Below, one piece after another: positions 21,405 to 37,365 of a DNA stretch of 64,000 nucleotides (position 1 is its first letter; each line of letters begins with the position of its first letter). A program made the translations under genes and the position numbers. The notes below the pieces were generated by a model that saw only the letters and a list, made by a program, of their open reading frames with translations, did no database searches and was not told the DNA's origin. Where the stretch lies: NCBI RefSeq assembly GCF_009914755.1, contig NC_060933.1. One strand, given 5' to 3'. The DNA comes from the human T2T-CHM13v2.0 reference genome, Homo sapiens.

Positions 21405-23370
21405 CATGTGAAAAATCAAAGAAACAGAAAATAGAAATGCAAAAGAGGAAAATCAATGAAACAAAAAATGGGTTCTTTGAAAAGATCCATAACATTGATA
21501 AACCTCTAGCTAGAAAGATTAAGAAAAAAATGTAGAAGGCACAAATTACTATTATCACAAACAGAGGAGTGGCCATTACTACAGATCCCGCAGGCATTAA
21601 AAGAATAACAAGTGAGTATTAGGATCAAGCTTATACAAATAAGTTTGACGAATTAGATGGAAAAATTCCTTGAAAAGCACAAGTAACCAAAACTGATGCA
21701 AAAATAGAAAATCTGATTAGCTCTTGCCATATTAAAATTGAATTCATAATTAAATGTCTTCCAACATTTTATAAAGATATGGTATATAAACTCTTTCAGA
21801 AAATAGAGGACGAGGCAAAACCTCTCATTTTACAAGGCCAGCATTACCCTGGTATCAAAATTATAGACATTAAAAATAAATTACAAAGAAAACTATACAC
21901 TTATATTTCTTATGTATGCAGTCACAGATTCTCCACAAAATACTAGAAAACTAAATCCAACAATATATACAAAGGATAATACATCATGTTGAAGTGATGT
22001 TTATCTCAAATCAATCAGTGTAACCACACTAAGAGAATAAAGAAGGAAACCATATGACTAAAAATCACTCGATAAAACTGAATACCCATTCAAGACAAAA
22101 GTTTCCAGAAATGTAGAATTAGAAGGGAATGTCCTCAGCCTGATAAAGGGCATCGATGCATACTTTGTGGTAAGGAGAATGAACACTTTCCCCCAAGAAC
22201 AGAATTGAAGTAAGAATATCCACTCTTAGCACTTCTATTCAGCTTTGTACTTAGCCAATGTAATAAGGCAAGAAAAATAAATTATAAAATACATTTTAGA
22301 TGGCACTCACAGATGGCATTATTATATTTGTAGAAATTCCTCAGGAATCTAGTAAAGAGCTACTGGAACTGTTTTGAGCAAAGACCTGGAGCATGAATCA
22401 GTTTTGTGTGTAATGGCCAAAGGAGGAGGCAAAGAGAAAAAGTAATAAGACTGGAAAGATTGGCAAAAGCCAGTTTATCAAGGTTATAGAATACAAGTTC
22501 AATACTAAAAAGTCAATTGTATTTCTATAGGCTAGCAATGAACAAATGGAAAATGGAATTATAAAGCAATACTTTTTACAATAGCATAATAAAGATGAAA
22601 TATTTTGGGATGAATTTAACAAAAATATTTGCAAAGCCTATACCCTAAAAACTACCAAAACTGTCAAGAGAAACTGAAGAAGGCTTTAAACGGACAAAGT
22701 GTGTTTACAAATTGGAAGAGTCACTATTTTTAAGATTTTATTTCCCCCAAACCAATCTATTCACTTATTGCATTTCAATCTTGGCAATATTTTTGATAGA
22801 AATTGAAAGATATTGACATAGAAATATGAAGGACCTAGAACATCCAAAACAAATAATTTTCCAAAAGAACAAACTTGGAGAACTACACTGGTTGATGTCA
22901 AGAGTGAATATAAAGTTATAAAGACTTCTTATTAGCTGGGTAAATAAAACAGTGTAGTAGATAAAGAAAAATGCAAATGAATGGAATATTCAGAAATTAA
23001 TTCACATGCATATGGTTAATTGAGTTTTAACAAAGGTATGAGGGCATCTCAATATGGAAAAGGAATGTCTGTTCAACAAATGATGCTGGAAAACTAGACG
23101 TCTGCCTAAGGGCAAAAAAGTGAACTTTTACTCTTAACTCATACCATACACAAAAATTAAGGCCAAAGGGATTCAAGGCCTAAACTTAAATGTTAAAGCA
23201 ATACATTTTCTAGAAGAAAACATAGGAAAAATCTTAATAAACTTGTATAGGCAAAGGCTTCTTAGACTGAACACAAAAAGAACAAAACATAAAATAAAAA
23301 AATTGACAAGCTGGACTTCAAAATACATTTTTTTGTAAGTTTCTAATAAAAAAATTAAAAGGTAAGCCAT
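21405..23370 (+). mobile_element. Old L1 (L1M-type) ORF2 remnant, 5' part of an element interrupted by a second L1
   Basis: A-rich strand with degenerate ORF2 motifs (aatcaatgaaacaaaaaatgggttctttgaaaagatc; ttcaacaaatgatgctggaaaact). Confidence 0.85.
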
Positions 23371-25047
23371 GGGAAAGCTATAAACCTACAGATAGAAGAA
23401 GCTAAATGAATTTCAAATAGGATAAACCTAAAGAAATCCACACCAACCAAGACACATTACATTTAAACTTATGAAAGTTACAAAGACAATGTCTTTTTGA
23501 AAAAAGTCTGAGAAATGTCACATCACCTACAAAGGAGCACCAATTCAAATAACAGCAGATTCTTCATCTGAAACCATGGAGTTCAGAAGGAAGTGGTGCA
23601 ACAGTTTTCAAGTGAAAGAAAAGAGCTGTCAACCCCAAATCCTGTACTTAGTGAAACTATCTTTCATGAATGAAGAGGAAATAAAGACACTCTCAGATGA
23701 TCAAACACTAAGATAACTTTTTGCTAATACATCCACTCTTAAAAAAATAGCAAAGAAGAAAATAATAACAAGAATACTAGGACCTTTAGAAAGGAAAGAA
23801 CAACAACAAAATAGATAAAAATTAAAAAGACAAAAATAGAAGTAAATGAAATAGTTAAAAATAGAAGTAAATTCTTCAAAAGAGTTTCTTTAATCATATT
23901 TTGTGGTTGAAAAAAGGTAATAGTATCCTCAGATATGGTGTTCAATATATGTAGAGGAAATAATTAGGAACATTATATTTTGAAAGTTGAGACTATAAAT
24001 GAAGCCTAAGTGGAAGTAAGATTTCTAGAAATTACTCAGATTGGTAAAACATCTGCACCACTAGATTGCAAATAAATAATGTATGTACATGGTAATATCT
24101 AGAACAATCACTAAGTATACTATACAGAGCTATATTATTAAAAATCATTAAAAATAAATCAGAATGGAACTCTCAAAAATGTTCACATAACACACAGAAA
24201 GGCAAAAAAAAAAAAAAAAAAATAGAGGAATAAAAAGCCAAAAGTAACAAATAGAAAATAATAATAAAGTGACAGACTTAAGCCCTAACATGTCAATAAT
24301 TGCTATAAATGTAAATGGTCTAAATACATCAATTAAAAGGCAGAGACTGGCAGTGTGACTAAAACATGCTTCAACTATAGGCTGTCATCAAAAGACTCAC
24401 TTCAAACAAAATTATATAGCTAAGTGAAAGTAAAAGAATGGAGAGATATGCATTGCAAGCATTAATTTAAGAGAAAAGAATAAGTGGCTACAATTATATC
24501 ACATAAAGTAGAATTTAGAAAAACGATAATATCTGGGAACAAAGAGGGACGTAATGATAGAAGCATCATTTGATCCGGAAGATAGAGCAATCCTAATATT
24601 TATGCACTAAACAACAGAGCTTCAAAGTACATGAAGCAAAAACTGATAAAGCTGAAAGGAGAAAGAGAGAAATCCACAATTATGGTTAAGACTTAAACAC
24701 TCAACTCTTAGCAACTGAAAGAACAATCCACTGAACAACAGAAGAATGCACATTCTTTTCAAATAGCCATGACATTTACCAAGATAGACTTGGGCCATAA
24801 AACAAACCTTAACAAATTTTAAAAAGTTGAAATCATACAAGGAATGTTCTCTGACAATTTCGATTTAATCAATAGTCGGTGATTTAATCAATGATCACTT
24901 AGAAATCAACAGGGTAAACACAAAAGGAACATCTCCAAACACTTGGAAAGTAAACAACACATTTCTAAATAATCCATGAGGGCAAAAAGGAGGTCTCAAA
25001 GAAAAATCAATAATAAATAGAACTGAGTAAAAATTAAAATGCATATC

Positions 25048-25338
<291 letters not shown>

Positions 25339-25441
25339 TCAAAATTTGTGGTATGCAGCAAAAGCCATGCTGATAGGGAAATTTATAGCATTAAACACTT
25401 ATATTAAAATAGGGAAAGTTCTCAAAACCATAATCTGTATT

Positions 25442-25806
25442 TGTAATGGACTAAATGCTTGTGTCTCTTCAAAATTCGTATGTTGAACTCCTAACTCTCA
25501 ATGTGATGATATTAGTAGGTGTGATCATTGTGAGGTGATTAGTTCAGGAGTGTAGGACCCTTGTGAATGTGACTAGTGCCCTTATAAAAGGAAACAGAGC
25601 ATTCTCTTGCTGCTTTCCATTGTGTGAGGATACAATGAGTAACTGGCAGTCTGTGAATCAGGAAGTGGGACCTCACCAGACACTGAATCTGCCAGCAAAT
25701 TGATCTTAGGCTTCCCAGCCTCCAGAGCTGTGAGAAATAAATGTTTCTTGTTTCAGCTACTCTGTCTATGGTATTTTTGTTATAGAAGCCTGAACAGACT
25801 AAGACA
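25442..25806 (+). mobile_element. MaLR solo LTR (MLT1A-like)
   Basis: tgtaatggactaaatg...cccagcctccagagctgtgagaaataaatgtttc...gactaagaca. Confidence 0.8.
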
Positions 25807-27409
25807 ACATTCATACCTCAAGAAATCAGAAAGAGAATAGCAAAATATCTCCAAAGCAATCTGAAGAAAGGAGATAATATAGATAAGAGCATAAATTGGT
25901 GCAACTGGAAACAGAAAAATAATATATAAAATTAATTTTAAAGAATTATTAAAGTTGATAATCTTCTTAAAAAAACCTAAGATAAACAGACAGAGGACCC
26001 AAATCACCAACACCAGGAAGACTCAAATCACCAATACCAAGAGGGAATATCCTAAGAGACTCGGCAACCATTTAACATGTGATAAGAGAATACTGTAAAC
26101 AACTCCATGCTCATAAATTTGATAACTTAGAAGAAATGGACCAATTTCTCAAATATCACAAGTAACCAAAATTCAATCAGATGAATAAGGCAAACTGAAT
26201 AGTCTTATTGCCATTAAATAAATTGAATCGATCATTTTAAAGCTCTAAAAAAAGAAATCTTCAGGCCAAGATGGTTCACTGGAAAATTCTAGCAAACACT
26301 TAATTAGCACCATTTCTACATAATTTATTTCAGAAAATGAAAGAGGAAGAAACACTTTCTAACTCATTCTATGAGGACACCATTATCCCGATACCAAAAC
26401 CAGACAGAGACATTACAAGAAAAGAAAATGACAGACCAATACTTCTCATGAACTTAGATTTAAAAGGTCCTCAACAAAATAGAAGGAAATAAAATCCAGC
26501 AGTATAAAACAAATTACGCTATGATCAAGTAGGATTTATTCCAGGTATATAAGGCTGGTCCAATATTTAAAAATAAATCAATACAATCTACCATATCAAC
26601 AGGTTAAAGAAGAAAAATATAATTATATCAATTGATGCAGAAAAAGCTTTTGACAAAATCCAATAACAATTCATAAGAAGCAAAACCTAAGCAAACTAGG
26701 AGCAGAGAGGAACTCCCTCAATTCGCTAAAAAAAATCTGCAAAAACCCTATAGCTAATACTATACTTAATGGTGAAAGACTGAATGTTTTCCCTCTGAGT
26801 TTGGGAACAAGGAAAAGATATTTACATCACCACTGTTATTTCACACAGTACTGGATGTTCTAGCTACTGTGATGAGGCAAGGAGGAAAAAAAGCAGATAG
26901 ATCGTAGAGGAAGAAATGAAACTGTTCCCATTGCAGATGACATGATTGTTTATGTAGAAAATCCAGAGGAATCTATAAAACAAAACAAAACAAAAACTCT
27001 TAGAAATAGTGAGTTCAGCAAGGTTGAAGGATAAAAGATCACTATACAAAAGTCGATTGTGTTTCTATATACTAACAGTGAACATCTGGAAACTGAAACT
27101 TAAAACTACAATGCCATTTTTTACTCACTCCAAAGAAAATTAAATACTTAGGTATAAGCATAACAAAGCATGTACAGGGTCTGAAGCACTGACAATTACA
27201 AAATGTTGATAAAATAAATCAAAGAAGACCTAAATAAGTGGAGAGTCATACCATGTTCGTGAATTGAAATACTCAACATGGTAAAGAAGTCAGTTCTTTC
27301 CAAACTGATCTATAGGTTTAATGCAATTCATATCAAAATCCCAAGAAGGCATTTGGTAGACATAGAGAAACTTATTGCAAAATGTATATGGAAAAGCACA
27401 AGACTTAAA

Positions 27410-27805
27410 GTAATGTTTGTGTTCTCTCAAATTCATATGTTGACATCTTAACCCCCAGTACCTCAGAACATGACCTTATTTGGAGACAGGGTCTTCACAG
27501 AGGTAATCAAATTAAATTAAGGTTATTAGGGTGGGCCCTAATTTAATGTGTCTGGTGTCCTTATAACAAGGGGAAACTTGGAGACAGACACACACACAGG
27601 AAGAACACCAAGGAAAGATGAAGACCACCATCTATAAGCCAAAGGGAGAGGCCTGGAACAGATTCTCCCTCAGCCCTTTGAAGGAACCAACCCTGCCGGC
27701 ACCCTGATCTCAGACATTCATCCTCTAGAAATATGAGACAGTACATTTCTGTTGTTTAAGCCACTGAGTTGGTGGTACTTTGTTATGGCAGTCCTAGCCC
27801 ACTAT
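27410..27805 (+). mobile_element. MaLR solo LTR (MLT1B-like)
   Basis: cccccagtacctcagaacatgaccttatttggagacagggtc...ctttgttatggcagtcctagc. Confidence 0.8.
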
Positions 27806-29429
27806 CCATAATATAATTAGCTAAAGCAGTTTGGTCGAAGAGGAATAAAGTGAGAGGAATCACTGTACTTAATATGAAGGTTTACTCCACAGCTACAGTG
27901 ATGAAGACAGCATGGTGCTGTTGGAGGGACGGGCACACAGATCAATGGAACACAACAGAGATCCCAGAAAGACCCACACAAGTACAGCCAACTGGTTTTT
28001 GACAACGGTGCAAAAGTAATATGGTGGAGAAAGAACAGCTTTTCCAATAAATGGTGTTGGAGCAATTACACATTCATAGACAAAACAATGAGCCTTGATC
28101 GAAGCCTCACACCTTACAAAAATATTTACTCAAAATGGCTCATAGTTTTAAGTGTAAAATGTAAAACTAAATGACTTTTAGATGAAAATATAGAATAAAA
28201 TCTTTAGGATTAGACTAATAAAAAGGATCTTAGACTTGATACCAAAATAACAATCCAAAAAAGAAAAATTAATAAAAAATAAATACTTTTGCTCCTCTGT
28301 GAAAGACCCATTAAGAGGATAAAAAGAAGCCACAGTCCATGAGAAAATGTCTGCAAGCCACATATCTGACAAAGGACTAGGATCGAAAACCTCTCAAAAC
28401 CTAACAGTAGAAACAATCTCATCAGAAAATTGGCAAAATGCTTGAACAGACTTTTTCCGAAGGTGATATGCAGATGGCAAATGAGCAAGCGAAAAAATGC
28501 TCATCACTAGCCATTTGGAAAATGCACATTAGACCCACAATGGGATATTATTACACACCTATCAGAACAGCTAAAATAGAAAATAGTGACCACACCAAAT
28601 GCCGTGAGGATGCAGATAAAGCGGATCACTCATTCATTCCTGGTGCAGTCATTCTGGAAAGTACTTTGGCAGTTCCTTTTAAGCCTATAAATGGATTTAC
28701 TAGAGGACCCAGAAATTGCATTTATCTGAGAAGAAATGTATCCCAGAGATAAATCCTTAGGCATTAATCCCAGAGAAATGAACAGCTACTTTCATATCAG
28801 CTTTCATTGTAATAGCCAAAATCTTGAAAAGGCCCAACTGACCTTCAACAAGTGAATGTCAAAATGCAGAGGTACATCCACACCATGCGTGCAACTTGGT
28901 GATAAAAAGGAATGAGTATTGATGCACCAGAAATGTGAATTAATCCAGGGAACTATGCTGAGCAACAAAAAAGCTAGTTTTAAAAGGACACAGACTGTGT
29001 GATTCCTTTCATATAATATTCATTAAATAACGATTACAGCGATGGAGAACAAATGAGAGGTTGCCCAGGGTTAGGGCTGTGGATAATAGGACTGGGATGA
29101 GGGAGTCTTTGGAGATGGTGTAGTTAAGGATCCTGATTCTGATGATGGTTACATAAAGCTACACATGATAAAACTGCACAGAACTATACTGACACACACA
29201 CACACACATACACAAATTAGTGCATGCATAACGGGAGAAATCTGAATAGGTTCCGTGGATTTTACCAATGTCAATTTCCTGATTTTGATATTGTACTCCT
29301 GTTATGCAATATGTTTTCATTGGGCAAGGTTGGGTGAAGGGTGTATAGGACCTCCCCATACATTTTATTTTTTGCAAATTGTTTTGAGTCTACAATTATT
29401 TCAAAATAAAAAGTTTAAAAAGGCGCCAC

Positions 29430-30300
29430 ACTTTGGAGGAAAAAATCTAAATGGAATATATTATTGGAAATACATAAAGAACTCTTAAAATTCAATAGAA
29501 GACAAAAAAACACAATAAAAATGGGGGAAAATGTTTGAAAGACCCTTCAAAATGAGGATATTCAAATGGCCAATAATCACATGATAAGATGCTTGGCATT
29601 ATTTACCATGGAAATGCAAATTAAAACCGTAATGAGGTGCCACTCACTACATTTCCACTAGAATGACTAAAATTAAAGTGAGTGACCATGTGTTAAAGAA
29701 AATGTGGAGCCACTGGAACTCTCACACAGCAGGTAGCAGTATAAAATGCTCCCCACTGGGTGAAACATTTTGGTATTTGCTTATCAAGTTAAACATGTAC
29801 TTACCATAAGCACCATCCAAGGTTATGGCCACATAGGACCTGGCCATAGCAGCTTTACGTTCCTTTAACTGGAAACAGCCCGAAAATCTAGCAACAGGTA
29901 AATGGATAAACAAACTCAGATACATTCATACAATGGAATACTACTCAGCAACGAAAAGGAATGAACTGCTGATATGCACAGCCACAGGGATAAATTTCAA
30001 AATCATTATGCTGAACCAAAGAAGCCCAACCTAAAATAGTACCTGTGGTATGATTCCATTTATATAAAAGTCTCCAAGTGAAGTTTGCCTAATAGTAACA
30101 AAGGCAATTACTGGCTGCCTGGGGCCAGGGCAGGGGATGGGATGGGGATTAAGTACTGAGGGACATGAAGGAGCTCTTCCGGGGGTGGGTGTGCACTATA
30201 GCTTCACTGTGGTGGGAATCAAAACACATCGAACTGAACACTGAAAATGGGTGGATTCCATGGTATTTAAATCATACTTCAATAAAGTTGATTTTAAAAT
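29430..30300 (+). mobile_element. Old L1 3' part (continuation of the 21405-23370 element, L1ME-like end)
   Basis: Resumes the ORF2 C-terminus (ataaagaactctta...gaaatgcaaattaaaacc) and ends aataaagttgattttaaaa. Confidence 0.8.
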
Positions 30301-30457
30301 GCCCTTTTCTAAGGCTAAAGTTCAGTCTGGTTAATCACCTCCAACATCCCTGCTTGGGAGCTTGGCATGGCCCATGCCTTTCTCTTCCCGGACAGAGACT
30401 TACATGGGATAGCACTCTTCCTCTACTTTGCCTCCTTCAGGCAATAAGCATAATCCC

Positions 30458-30750
<293 letters not shown>

Positions 30751-33139
30751 GGGTGGGTGGGGGCAGGGGGAACAAACAAACATAACCCTGCCGAGGCTGA
30801 CCTGTGCCCCTCTTTGTGCGGGGCTGTTGTCCATCCAGAAGGCCCTTCCCTTTGCTCTTGGTCTGTTGAATCCTACTTTTCCCTTTCAGTCTGTTTCAGG
30901 CATTTCCTTCTGCAGGAAGATTTCCAGGGTCCCCAGGCTTAGTCGGGCCTTTGTGGGTCCTTCGAGTCCCTGTGGTGCCACAGTCCCGACCTGCTGTTTC
31001 GTCCTTCCAGAAACCCTGGCTCCCTTCTCCCCTAGGAATCCCTCCGGATCAGGGACCTCCATCCACAGGGCTGGCACAGAGCCCCTGACGCCCGGCCCTC
31101 AGGACCCCCTGCTCAGTGCCTGTCCTAAAACTGCCAGGGCTTCTGCTGTGTTTGGGGAAGGAAACCCGCATCCAGTCTCGGAGCGGACCGCCCTACCTGT
31201 GTTTGGAAATCCAAGCCTGACAGGTGGGGTGGGCCTTGCTCTCAGGGGTTCAGAGCTGATTGGTTAAAAGGTTTTATAAAAGCGTGCTAAATAGACCGTG
31301 CAATTGTGAGAGTGAGTTCTTCTCTGGTGGAAATTACCCTGCCATTTGGTTTTTATTTTTGCAAACGTGGCTCCGCCCTCTTGAACACTCACTTGATACG
31401 CCTTCGCTGCCGTGTAAACACCAGGCTTACGGGTAATTGCAACGGAACACTGTCTCGCTTAGGGAGCCTCTGCAGGGCGTCCCCTCCCTGACTACTGCGG
31501 GTAAACACGCCTTGGCCTTGGAGCCCCGTGGCAACCACCCCCAAGGCTTCAAGGTCTAAAACATGCCAGTTGGGCGCCCACCCCACAAGACAAAGACTGG
31601 GGCTTGTGGAAGGGGCTTTCTCCCTGGGGAAAGGGAGCGTGCAGCTTCCTCCGGCCTCAGCCTTGGTGTCTTGTCTCCCATGTTCCCTGAGTAAGGGATG
31701 TCCTTATTCATCCTTCAGCTCTGGCGTCCCAACTTGAGTCCCCAGGGACAGAAGAGCTCCCGAATGGTCTCCAGGCTACTCCCTCTTGCCCACCCTGTTG
31801 GGGGGCCTGCTTCTCCCTGCCATATCTGGAGGCCTCAGCTCCAAGGACTCTCATGCCCACCACGTGCAGGTCCACTCTGTCCCCCTCCCGGCTGGCCTTT
31901 ACCTGGGAATTGACATGAGTGTTCCTATTTGGTGCTCAGAATCCTGAGACAACTCAAGTCTCCCTCGGGAAGGACCTTCCCTTGCTTCCATGAGGTTGGG
32001 GTCGGGGGCTGCACACAGCTGGGTATGGGGGGGGCTCTGAATGGCCCCGCCTCCATGCAGCCACACAGGCCCATGGAAGCCAGGGGTGGGAGCACTTGCA
32101 GGCCCTGGGTTCAGCTTCAGCCCAAGCCCGGAAGCCTCTGTTCTCCTGCCCAGGGCTGCCTTCCCTGCCACACCTCAGCCACAGACCCTCACTCCTTCCA
32201 GGCATCTGCTCCGCCCTGGCTGAGCTCTCACCAGGGGGACATTCTGCACACAGAGCCGCTGAGGCCTCTTGGCTGGACCTTGCAGCCCCGTGTGGTCCTG
32301 TTAAGCTGCGGGGAAAACCGAGCAGCGGGCTGGGAGGAGGAGGCGTCCAGGAGAGGTCTGAGCCTCCCTCCTGTGCAGCTGAGGAGGAGCCTGGCTCAGC
32401 ATCAGGTCAGGTGTGGAGGGAGGGAGGGAGGGAGAGCGAACACTGACAGTCACGAGGTCTCCTCGCGCCTCAGTACCCTCATCTTAAAAAGATGTGGGGC
32501 TGAACTTCAACTTCTTGAATTTGCAAGACGGCAGTGGGCTTTAGGCATGGTGACGTGTCAAACTCATAGTTCTGGCTGGATACAGGATGGACGGATGTAA
32601 TTGCCAGAGTTATGGGCACCAGATGACCTCTGAGCTAACAGCCCTCTGCCCAGCTGGAGCCCAGTCTTTCAGGTCAGCCCTGGTGGTGGGTGCCTTCTAT
32701 ACCTCTGGAAAGGCCACAGAATGGGAAACTACTGGGGAACACGTTCCCGCCCCAGCAACACCAGTCTGAGCTTCCCCAGCCCCCTGGACCCTGAACTCAG
32801 TGACTCTGACTAGCTTGGTTCCTGGTGAGCTCTTGCCCTAATTGCTACTTTGCCCCACCTGAACTCCAGTGTTCTGGAATCTTCTGCTAGCCTAAAGATG
32901 GCAGGCATTGGACAGCAGCCTTGACCCCACCGTGGGGAAACTTCCTGATCCCGTTCTTATAAATGCTGCTGAGAGCTAAATGCAAGCCAACTGGATGGCA
33001 TGCTAAGGAGATGAGCCGATGTCTTGGCCTTTCAGTAAATGTGGGTGCAGTGATCCCTGGTTTCCCCCTTGGTCACTGGATCCATCGTTTATGTCATCTG
33101 AGCGTCCCGAGGGCCCCAAACACAGCAGAATGGAACACT

Positions 33140-33960
33140 TGTCTCTTGAAACAAATGAGGACATGGGGTCCTAGCGAGGTGAACCCACTGGAAGCAGACC
33201 CTGAGACAAGCCTTTGAGTACAGTAGTTTATCTTGGAAGGAAGCCCAGGAAATAGCAGCAGTGGGTGACAAAGCAGGGCCAGGGCAGAACTGAAACCTCA
33301 GTTCCCCCACCACTCCTGTCAGCTGCTGGTTGAGGGCTGCTCCCAAGGGGCCCTTGTATCCTGGCATCTCCCCCGTACCCGGCATTGGCAGAGGGCTCTC
33401 TGGTGACAGGACAAAGTCTTCCAGCCAGGAGTACCAGGTGCCAGGTTGGACCTCAACCCAGAGCTGGAAGTGGTGAGTGCTGAGGGGTGGGTGGGCAGTT
33501 GTGGTGTCTGTGTGAGGACACGGGTGAGTGAGCCCATGTCTTGAGGACATAGGAATCTTGCTCCTTGTCACATCTGCACACTCAGCACTTGGCTTGGCCC
33601 AAAGAGGGCATCTCTCCATTCCAAGTGGAACCTGCCTTGGAAGATGCAAATAGCTGGAGACTCCTGGAATCATCTGGAAGCTTCTTTGCTCATTTATCTG
33701 GCTGGGGAGTGGGATGACTCACACGGCTTGGGCTTCCTCACAGCATGGTGGCTTCTATGAGAGGCTGCAGGGCTTTGTGGGCAGTGGTGCTGTGAACCTA
33801 TTGGAAGCTGGGCCCTAAAGGAGGAAACATCACAGAGCCATTTCCTCTTACTCTGTCAGTCAATGAGGTCACAAGCCCCGGGACATTCCAAAGTAGGGAC
33901 ATCGAACCCACTTCTTGATGGGAGAGATGTCAGAGAATTTGCACCCAAGTTTAGCATCAG
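33140..33960. mobile_element. Degenerate MLT1-type LTR fragments
   Basis: Motifs gaagcagaccctgagacaag...tttatcttggaagg and gggcttcctcacagcatggtggc. Boundaries approximate. Confidence 0.5.
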
Positions 33961-34139
33961 CACAAATAGCAGTAGTGATGACTGTTCACTGAGCTGGGTG
34001 CTGGGCCTTGCCTGTCCCCTCCTGCCCACCCATGACACTCTGTGAGGTGGATGTTACCACCCTCAGGGCACCCCATGAGGAGTCAGGCCAGTAGTGTGGG
34101 CAAGATTTGGCCTCCAGGTTTTCCTCCCAGCCTTCTTCC

Positions 34140-34670
<531 letters not shown>

Positions 34671-37004
34671 CAAATGTTTCTTGAGTGTCAATCATGACCA
34701 CCAACCTGGATGAGGCCCTTGTTCTTGGAGCTCATGGATGGGACTTGAGAGGCAAGAAACCGACAAGGACATGCCAGCCCCAGGAGGGTTGGGGTGAGGG
34801 GTGCAGTGAGGAGCAGGACAAGGACTAGTGATCTGAGATCTCAGTAGAAAGAAGGCCTGAGGTATGCACAGACCCAGGGGAAGGGCCCTCCAGGCACTGG
34901 ATACAGTACATGCTAAGGACCTGGGTGCAACTGAACCAGGTGGGTGCTGAGAGACAGCAGAGACTTGGGAGGTTGGGGAGGGGGTGTGAGTGGAGAGGTC
35001 ACCTGGAGCCATCCTTAGGGCCTTGCAGGTAGAGGGGAGGAAACGGGAGGGATGAGTAAAGGAAGGACTCACCAAGGCCACCCCAAACCCTGTTCTATCC
35101 CTCCCTCTCCATTCCCAGGCCACGTGCTTGGATCTATAAGGAGGACCTGGCCCCTCCATGAAGACCTGGATGTCACTGCCAAGGCCAACCCTCTGACCCC
35201 CCACCCCCATCCTCTCCTTGGTCTCAGTCAACAGGCGGCAGATCAAACGGCCCCCCAGGGCCTGGCCTTGCCCATCAGGGAAACATCACACTGCTCTGGA
35301 ATGAGGTGATTTCAAGCAGCCGATGCAAGGAAATGGGTATTTATGTAACGGTGGGCATGGTTTTTATTTTCCCTAATTTTCAGATTACTTTCGATTAGGC
35401 CTCTTTGGAGTAGAAAAGGCTTGAAGTGAAATCGATCCTGCCTAAATCATTATGGCCCGCCCAGCCCCAGGCCGCCTCTGCAGACAATTACCCCAGACCC
35501 CAGGGTTAGGGGGCAAACTCCAGGCGGGGGGATACTTCCTCAGAGCTCACCCAGCCCGGAGTGGCCAGGGCCCCGCTGGATGGGGCCTTTTGTGTTCATG
35601 TGGCACACAGCGGTCATTGATTCGGTCCCTCTGGCCAGGGGGCGGGGGAGGGAGCTGAGGAGAGCAGTTCCCACAACATCTGGACTCTATCTCTTCTTCC
35701 CACCCCCAGTCAGGACTGGGAGGGGGTGGGGAGAAGGAAAAGAGAAAATGCCCAGGCCAAATTCAAATGCTTTCATAAATTTTGCACTAGAAATGTTTTG
35801 ACATGAATATTTTTGTCAGTCTCCAGCGTCTGCCCAAAGAAACTCAACTCCACACAACAGCTCGAATATATTTTCTGGTTGACTCTGGAGCCACTTGCTG
35901 CAAGGCAGGCAAGCTGGGCCCAGGCACCTGTGAGGAATGCCTGGGGCAGGCAGGGGCACTGGAGACCCCAGTGACATCTGGGGAAGGCCCAGGTGTGGCA
36001 CCCCGCAGCCAGGGGGCGTCCTTCCAAGGTCCACCCAGGCGGGTACTGCCTGGGCTCCAGCCAAGCGGTGGGTGGCTGGAAGCCAGACCCAGAGAGATGC
36101 AGGGAAGGAGTGGATACCTCGGGAGGAAACTCCACACATGTTAATAGTGGTTTTCTTCTGGGAAGCTGGAAAAAACAGTCTTTTTTGGTTTTCTTTTTTA
36201 CTTGACTATATTTTTTCCACTTTTCTATAATGAGTATGAATTACTAAAAAGCTATTAAAACTATTTTAATAGCTTTTTAAAGCTATTAAAAGAATATATT
36301 TAATATATTATATTAAATAAGGAATATTCCATTATATAAGGAATGTATATATTTGTAATAAAGTAATAAAGTATAAAAGTATAAAATAATAAAGTAATAT
36401 ATTTGTAATAAAGTGATATATATATATAAATATTACTATTACTCCTTAGAGGTCTATTCAGATCCTTCATTTCTTCATGATTCAGTTTGGGTACATTGTG
36501 TTTCTAGAAACTTGTTCATTATTTCTAGGTTACCCAATGTGTTGGTGTACAATTGCTCATAGTATTTTCTTGTAATCTTTTTATTTGTGTAAAATCTGTA
36601 GCATTGTCTTCATTTTCATCTTCAAATTTAGTAATTTGTGTCTTAACTCTTATTTTCTTTGTCAGTCTAGTTAGAAGTTTGTCAGTTTTATTGATTTTTT
36701 CAGGGAACCAACTTTTTGGCTTCATTGATTTTCAATATTGTTTTTCAATGGTCTATTTCATTTATCTCTGTGCAGTTTTTTTCCATCTGCTAGCTTGAAT
36801 TTTAATTTGCTCTTCTTTTCTAGTTTCTTAAGGTGTACAGTTAGGCTATTTATTTGACATCTTTTTAAAGAACTGTATGTGTTTACTGCATACTGTTTTC
36901 TCCTAGCATTGCTTTCTCTGTGTCCTCTAAGTTTGGGTATGTTGTGTTTTCATTTCCATTCATCTCAAAGTATTTTCTCATTTTCCTTGTTATTTCTTGT
37001 TTAA

Positions 37005-37365
<361 letters not shown>

